Shown piece by piece: positions 57,688-64,000 of a DNA stretch of 64,000 nt (its first letter is position 1; each line of letters starts with the position of its first letter). Origin of the DNA: Marsupella aquatica (Eukaryota; Plantae; Marchantiophyta); contig OZ316891.1 of the NCBI GenBank assembly GCA_973895155.1, forward strand, positions 10,355,875-10,419,874, read 5' to 3'. Below the pieces are notes generated by a model. It did not search any database, had not been told where the DNA came from, and worked only from the letters and a program-made list of their open reading frames with translations. The position numbers and the translations under genes were made by a program.

Positions 57688-58412
57688 GTTGAATCCTGAG
57701 TGGGATACGCCGTATCCTCCTTTGCATTCAACTCTATTCTTTGCCCTTTTGTTCAAAGAACAGAACTTTTCAATGTTGAATACGAGATGGGATACCGCGT
57801 ATCCCATCTCGCATCCAACACCCTCTTTTTAGTATTCCATCGGAACCTCCTTGCTGTTTGTTGACTTTGAATACGAAATGGGATACCACGTATCCCATTT
57901 TGGATTCAACTACATCTCTCTGGTCTTTTATTGTAGAGTACTAGAAATTCCTGATGTTTAGGGTTTAGCGCCTTTGCGGAGGATCATTGCAAAAAGAGCC
58001 ACATTGGATGATGTTGGATACAAACCGAGATACCCCGTATCCATTTCGCATTCAACTCCCTATTTTTTGTTGTTTGCATCAGACTAGGCAATTGTTGATG
58101 TTGGATGCGAAGTGGGATACCTCGTATCCCATTTCGCATTCAACTCCCTATTTTGCGTTCTTTGCATCGGACTCGGCAGTTGTTGATTTCGAATGCGAAA
58201 TGGGATACCGTGTATCCCATTTCAAATTCAATTCCCTATTTTTTGTGTTTTGTATCAGACTCGAGGCAATTGTTGATGTTGGATGCGATGTGGGATACCG
58301 CGTATCCCATTTTGCATTCAACTCCCTATTTTTTGTACTTTGCATCAGACTCTCGGCAGTTGTTGATTTTGGATGCAAAGTGGGATACCGCGTATCTGAT
58401 CTTGCATTCAAC
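57688..58412. repeat. Palindrome array B (8 copies, opposite loop orientation to arrays A and C), immediately upstream of the ParB-MTase ATG
   Basis: Cores at 57702, 57789, 57880, 58027, 58114, 58202, 58292 and 58382 (spacing 87-91 bp except one 147). Confidence 0.92.
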
Positions 58413-58870
58413 TACTTTTGTATGTTTACGCCCTGGTTCAGTGTCAATCTTTTACAGGAACATGTCAAACAAATCAAAGTCGTCTGGTTCGACCGAATCT
58501 TCACGGACGTCTATCGTCGATGAGATTTGGAAGAAGGACCTTTACACCGAGGAGAAACTTGTGAGGAATAGGTGGTACTTCAGGGATGCCCCGGCAATGG
58601 ATATTCACAGAGCCTATGACGGTCCAGCGGTGTGGTTGGTTATAGTTAAGGGTAAAGACCATTGCCATTATGGATTAGTCGTGGACACTGCGGAGGCAGA
58701 TATCACCGATGCAAAAACCAAACAGCTGAAGAAGATTCCAATGTACCTTTGCATTCTTCCAAACAATGGCTTCACTGTAGTTGTCCTCAACTACAAGAAA
58801 CTCGATCGGGTCTCGATGAACACATTTCCTGATGACCCGATCTGCAAGCTAATTTTGGAAGTGTCGGAGA

Positions 58871-58985
58871 TTGAGGACTTTTCTTATTGGTGTTTGAAAT
58901 TTGTCTTGAAGTCTTGGAGGGTTGTTGAGGACTTTTCTTATTGGTGTTTGAAATTTGTCTTGAAGTCTTGGAGGGTTGTTGAGGA
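58871..58985 (+). repeat. Exact 54-bp in-frame tandem duplication (EDFSYWCLKFVLKSWRVV x2)
   Basis: TTGAGGA recurs at 58871, 58925 and 58979, consistent with a microhomology-mediated duplication. Confidence 0.95.
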
Positions 58986-60505
58986 TTTTACCAAGGTAGC
59001 ATATAGGTCCGTCGTTGGAGCCGACTTTGGCGTCAAAGAGCGTCCTCTGAAGTTGAAAGTGACAAAGCCTACCGATCCGGCTTCGAAGTCAGGGGAGATG
59101 TCTAGAACACCCTCGACAAAGGAGAAATCTGCCACAATTTCTTTTAAGGAACCGGCAAAAAGGAAGCTTGTAGATCAACTCTCCGGGGAAGGTTCTAAAG
59201 CAGCGGTGTTAGGAGAAGCTGTTGGCAAGAAGAAACTGGATCGATGTGACATCCAGAAGCGCGCACCATCTGCACCCGGAAGTGTTGTCTCATCTTTGGT
59301 CCCAACAATTTCACAGACACCGTCTCAGATTCCTTCAACTTCGTCAGGTGGGCCTTCTCTATCATCTAGGGGTGCTGTGAAAGAAAAGAAAAACGATTCA
59401 ACAGATATCACCACAGCTTTGCAGCGGGAAGAGACACTTGTGGTTCGTGAAGAAGTGTCTTGGTTGATGGAGACCAAGAGAGTTCAGAAGACAACTGTTA
59501 TTCTGAAAACAACTAACCTGCTTCTTGTTGACGATATTGACAACAAGAACTCAACGTTGGTTCGAACAGTAGATCGGTTGCATGTGGAGAACATCAAGAC
59601 TTTGATGAAAATGAATCCAACAAATTTCACCACGCCATTTGTCTTGTTTGTGATCCTCGAAGACTGCTTGACAGTGACAGACTGGGACCCAGAAAAGGCA
59701 ACAAGCTGGAGATATTGAGTGATTGGAGGTAATCACGGTGCTCGGGCTAAGAGAGAATTGTATCAGGCTTATGGGAGAGAGATCTTCAATGAACTCCAAG
59801 CTTGGGTGTATGCTGGTCTCACAAGGGAGGACATTCAGAAACTTAGCATCCAACATAATATTGATCAGGAGTACAGGAAAAAAATGAACAACATTGATCA
59901 AATCCGAACAATGCATAAGATTTTCCTTGCCAGAGGTATGGCAAAAACCAAGGAGACTAGAGAAGCGTGTGCGATGGAGGTTTGCCTCGATGGGTTTTTT
60001 CCGGGGGACGCCACAAGCCTAAAGAAGCATGAACCTCTCTTCCAAATTGCGTTTAGGTCGAGTAAGGTCTGGGAACTCCAAGACCAGATCTTTGAGATGT
60101 GGAACAAGTTGGAGATCAAAGGGCAGAATAAGCAGAAGTCACCGATCAAGAAACTGAAGAAAAAAGGGAAAGCGCAGTTGATTCCAAAAGCTTTGAATAA
60201 GCTTGCAGGGGGCCTTACCCTGACACCTTGGAGAGCAATCCAGGGAATTGAACACGACCAATTTTTGGAGTCCCTTCTTCTACGAGTGAAGGACCGGATG
60301 ATCTCTTTGGAGCAGATGGCAAAAAAAGCCGAGAGTTACAAGAAACTTGTGAAAATCAGCAAGCTTTTTGTTCAGTTATCAGGGCAGCCAGACTGGGCGA
60401 CTTGCAAACAAATGTTTCCGAAAGAAACAAAATCTACCAAGCTCAAAAGATGGAGTGAGAAGTTGTCCGATGTGGTATGTTCTCCCCTTCCATTGATTGG
60501 ACTTT

Positions 60506-61236
60506 TCTTGGATTCACTTGTGTTTATTTAACGTTTGTGATGTTTCAATAAGGTTTTTGCTTGGTCGAATGCGAAGTGGGATACGGCGTATCCCATCTTG
60601 GATTCACTTGTGTTTATTTGACATTTGTGATGTTTCAATGAGGTTTTTGCTTGGTCGAATGTGAAATGGGATACGGCGTATCCCATCTCGGATTCACTTG
60701 TGTTTATTTGATGTTTGTGATGTTTCAATGAGGTTTTTGCTTGGTCAAATGCGAAATGGGATACGGCGTACCCCATCTCGGATTCACTTGTGTTTATTTG
60801 ACGTTTGTGATATTTCAATGAGGTTTTTGCTTGGTCGAATGAAAAGTTGGATACACGGTATCCCATCTCAAATTCACTTGTGGTTATTTGACGTTGGTGA
60901 TATATCAATGTGGTTTTTGCTTGGTCGAATGCGAAGTGGGATACGCGGTATCCCATCTCGGATTCCCTTGTGGTTATTTGACGTTGGTGATGTTTCAATG
61001 TGGTTTTTGCTTGGTCGAATGCGAAGTGGGATACGCGGTATCCCATCTCGAATTCACTTGTGTTTATTTGATGTTGGTGATGTTTCAATATTGTTTTTGC
61101 TTGGTTGAATGCGAAGTGGGATACGGGGTATCCCATCATGGATTCAATTATGGTTATTTGACGTTGGTGATGTTTGAATGGGGTTTTTGCTTGGTTGAAT
61201 GCGAAGTGGGATACGGGGTATCCCATGTCGCATTCA
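60506..61236. repeat. Palindrome array C: 90-bp unit x8 filling the ParB-MTase intron
   Basis: Cores at 60578, 60668, 60758, 60848, 60938, 61028, 61118 and 61208. Confidence 0.95.
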
Positions 61237-62118
61237 TCGTCCAGATTTGATTGTTTGAATGCCCAAATGGTTCTCCCCATTGTCTTTTCTCTGGATTCTT
61301 TTAACAAGTTTGCATTTGCAGTTGAAAGCTTTTTCGAAGAAGAAGAACAAGGATGCAATTGGTGCCGATGCGGTTGAGAAGCCTTCGGAGGAGCTGAGTT
61401 CAAGTGTTATTCCCCCGGGGTTTAAGAATTATGTTCAAGAAGCGATTGAGAACTACAACCGTCGTCGTGGGATTGAAACGGTTGAAGCAGAGTCGAGTGA
61501 ACATCGATGGAAAAACGCTAATGGAAATTTCATCAGATATACATTGCATTGTGGAGATGTCAGGGCGCTGGATAAGTTTGTAGAGAAAAGGAATTACACA
61601 CTTGCAATTGCAGACATTCCTTATGGATTCAATGCGCCTGGCTCTGAAAATGATGAGGTCCCATTTTTAGAGAGTGATATTGTGGATATGGTGAAGTGTT
61701 TTGCCAAGGTGACAAGTTCAAAGATGTGGAGGTTTGTTGTGATTCACTCTTTGCAGCAAACTTGGTCTGTGATGAATGCCCTGGGAAAAACTTGTAATGC
61801 AGGTGTAGAGGCTGGAATTTGGGAGAAGCCAAATGTACATGCTCATCCTTCGGGGAATCGATTGGCTTGGGCTTTTGAAAACTGGTCAATCGGATATTAT
61901 CACGAGAGTGGTATTAGGACCAGAGACATGTACAATTTTGAACATGATGAAAAAAGGGTAAATATCATAAAAGTCCCTTGTGTTACAAAGAAATGTGTAA
62001 CACCATTGGGGGAAATAGTGAACCCTTACCAGAAGCCGATAGCTCTAGCAGATTGGTTCATTCAACATTTTAGTGAAGCAGGGGATTGGGTTGCTGATTT
62101 ATGTGCGGGGAGTGGTTC

Positions 62119-63164
62119 CCCTGGGCCCTCACTCTTACTATATTAAGTGAACCCCCCTGAGAACACACACCCCCCGTGTACCCCTTCTTAATATTTTTGT
62201 TCACAAAAAAAATCCCATTGTTAATGTAAAAATATTAACTTTTCCTATTAAATTTTATCCTTTTGTAAATTATAATAGAGTTTTTCAAGGAATTGAAAAC
62301 ATCCTTGAATTTTTAGAATTACAAATATCATATTGAAATAGATAAAACTTTATCTTTCATAGGGGACTTGTATGTTATGCTCGATCTTCAAGGTACATAT
62401 TTTATATATAAATAAACAAAATTAGTACGAGAGAAAATTATAGTTCTTCCTATAGTTTACACACAGCCATGCACTCTTGTCTTAGTGTTCGCAAAAGTGC
62501 CTCTGAACTTCTAGTTTCATAAGTACTATATATGTATAATCCAGGAATAATACTCCAAAGTCTGAACCAACTATAACAAACATTGTTGAGCGCCTGAGAC
62601 CCCTCCCTCAACACACAAACACATTTGGCCTCATACCTGGTTGTTTGATTCAAGGGAATTCAAAAGTAATCTTGTCCTTCCATGTGGGATTGATCCATGG
62701 ATCCCCATCAATCCTAGTTTCCCAACCAAGTTGGGCCCAAAGATTATGGCCCAAAGATTATGGCCCAACATTTACTCAACTCCCCAGTTAACTCCTAAAC
62801 ATGCGGGTAAACATGTCTACCCAAACCCATTTGTTTCACCATAAGGGGACCAACGAAACCAAACTTGCCTTAAGACGATAAATAATTAAATGTTTGATTT
62901 ACTATATGGACACATGTGCAAATGAAGTGATGACATGTGTGCCAACCATATAGTGACGCTTGTACTTGGCATTTTGGGTACCCTTGCATAAGATTTATGT
63001 GACATGTATTTGATAAGAGTCTTATTACTAATATTATGGCGAATGTATATAGAGGGATGCTGCCTACTTTAAAAACTATTATAAAAATTAGTTTGCATTA
63101 CATTAAAAATACTCTTGTGTTGTTCGCACGTCCTCCCTGTATTCGTAACACTAAGGACCCAGGG
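62119..63164. mobile_element. 1046-bp non-autonomous TIR element with 8-bp TSD, inserted in the MTase SAM-binding motif
   Basis: TSD AGTGGTTC at 62111-62118 and 63165-63172. Ends are CCCTGGGCCCTCACT and (reverse complement) CCCTGGGTCCTTAGT. The interior is AT-rich and non-coding, and removal restores DLCAGSGSTSCA in frame. Confidence 0.93.
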
Positions 63165-63517
63165 AGTGGTTCGACCTCATGCGCTACCTTGTTAGGAAAA
63201 CGTCTGGTGACAGCCGTGGAGCTCAGTTCAAGCCACATGGATTGTATCCGGACCCGACTTATCACGCTGGATGAATCGTGGGACTTGAATGATGAAGCAA
63301 CAGAGGAGGGTACAGGACCCATGAGCTTTGAGGTTCAACCACCTATTGGTGGTACTACGAGCACCCTGACCACTGGAACTTGCATCATTACAACCGCGGA
63401 GGAGAATGACAATTATGAGGATGAAGAGGATGAAGTGGATGAAGTGGAACATGAAGCTCCGGCACTTGATCTTGGCTCATTCCTTGAGGTGTAGACTTTA
63501 GTTTCATTAGTTCTCTC

Positions 63518-64000
63518 CCCTGGGCCCCCAGCATTATTAATAATGGGCTGGACGTGCGAACGGATGAAGGGTGCAAAAAATCTGATTTGAGATTAATTTT
63601 TATAATTGGCTTAGAAATATCAAGGGATGGTTTTATTCAAAGAACCTTTTCTAACTAATATAGGCTTATATAAATGTCACCCAAGTTAATATGCTTCAAG
63701 AGGTGATGTAATATGGATGTGACACGCGTCACAATAGGATTGGTCCTTGTGGTCACCCTTTATTGGAACATGTGTATATGACATATAATTATGCTTGCAA
63801 CATCTATGATTCAGAGTAGTTTAGGACTTTGGAGCTTTTGAACCCTGACTACCCTGCCATGTGGTTCAAAAATGCCCCAAAGTTGAAGTTTGGGGTTAAA
63901 GGGTCACGAACACAAAAATGTATGTACCCAAAACCCTTCTAAAACACTCCCATCAGTTTTAGAACCGTTTGCACATGATAAATTTATAACTTTTCAAGGC
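63518..64000 (-). mobile_element. Second element of the same CCCTGGG-TIR family, opposite orientation, running off the window
   Basis: CCCTGGGCCCCCAGCATTATTAATAATGGGCTGGACGTGCGAAC aligns with the reverse complement of the right end of the 62119-63164 element (CCCTGGGTCCTTAGTGTTACGAATACAGGGAGGACGTGCGAAC). Confidence 0.75.

Larger units (their letters stand above)
58462..63494 (+). pseudogene. ParB/Srx-domain + beta-class DNA N6-adenine/N4-cytosine methyltransferase fusion (~1043 aa reconstructed)
   Basis: Exon 58462-60474 (TGA at 59716-59718), phase-0 intron 60475-61321 (GTATGT...TTGCAG), then exon 61322-62118 + 63173-63494 after removing the insertion and one TSD copy. ParB-like segment: LVRTVDRLHVENIK...PFVLFV...RY*VIGGNHGARA...QAWVYAGLTREDIQKLSIQHN. 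MTase segment: LHCGD, ADIPY (61613-61624), IWEKPN, NPYQKP, GDWVADLCAGSGSTSCA...VTAVEL. Confidence 0.9.
54076..63517. mobile_element. Element 2: cargo-rich MULE-related element (left part interrupted by element 1; right end not visible)
   Basis: Compact cluster of decayed genes (Cys-rich ORF, F-box-like, ParB-MTase) tied together by one palindromic motif family at 54847-61225. Its leftmost ORF is cut at SQNG, similar to the RQNG that precedes the SWIM domain in element 1. Its own transposase and TIRs are not in the window, so element status is inferred. Confidence 0.6.

Noticed and set aside
58105-58461. N-terminal 119 aa of the 537-aa ORF
   Set aside because: Array B sequence. A TTTTACAG acceptor precedes ATG 58462, which is the more plausible start.
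55188-61236. Regularly spaced palindromic repeats resembling a CRISPR array
   Set aside because: The spacers are themselves repeated within each array, there are no cas genes, and the context is spliceosomal eukaryotic DNA.
60528-61403. 291-aa minus-strand ORF and other MGY.VSH / WDT.YP repeat ORFs (55819, 57604, 57987, 58148, 60698, 60888)
   Set aside because: They are translations of the palindrome arrays, whose ~90-bp period keeps frames open; array C lies inside a clean GT-AG intron.
58462-63494. Bacterial or phage contamination, or a restriction-modification operon
   Set aside because: The gene has a spliceosomal intron and a TIR-element insertion and is contiguous with plant genes; no endonuclease or ParA partner was seen.

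Overview
Eukaryotic nuclear DNA from a land plant with flagellated sperm (bryophyte-grade, probably a liverwort; inferred from a complete DNAAF11/LRRC6 gene plus a plant-type DDA1). The left ~37 kb is host sequence: a spliced CaMKK/GRIK-like kinase running off the left edge, an intronless HSPA12-type Hsp70 pseudogene, DNAAF11, DDA1 and an ankyrin-PGG gene. Several of these are invisible or fragmented in the ORF track and were assembled by hand from GT/GC-AG boundaries. About 40-49 kb is degenerate repeat/TE sequence. The right ~15 kb is a nest of DNA transposons. Element 1 is a TIR-bounded, internally deleted Mutator-like element (49565-54075; zinc-finger/MULE transposase, SWIM exon, accessory gene). 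It abuts a second, larger cargo-rich element (54076 to at least 63517). The main candidate new system is in element 2: a reconstructable ~1043-aa gene fusing a ParB/Srx-fold domain to a prokaryotic-type beta-class DNA amino-methyltransferase. This gene has one premature stop, one intron and a 1046-bp insertion with an 8-bp TSD inside the SAM-binding motif. It sits beside an F-box-like gene and three tandem arrays of a conserved ~45-bp palindrome (core GGGATAC-NNN-GTATCCC, ~27 copies, ~89-bp spacing) in promoter and intron positions, an architecture reminiscent of VANDAL/VANC anti-silencing elements. All protein-family assignments are motif recognition by eye; no database searches were run.
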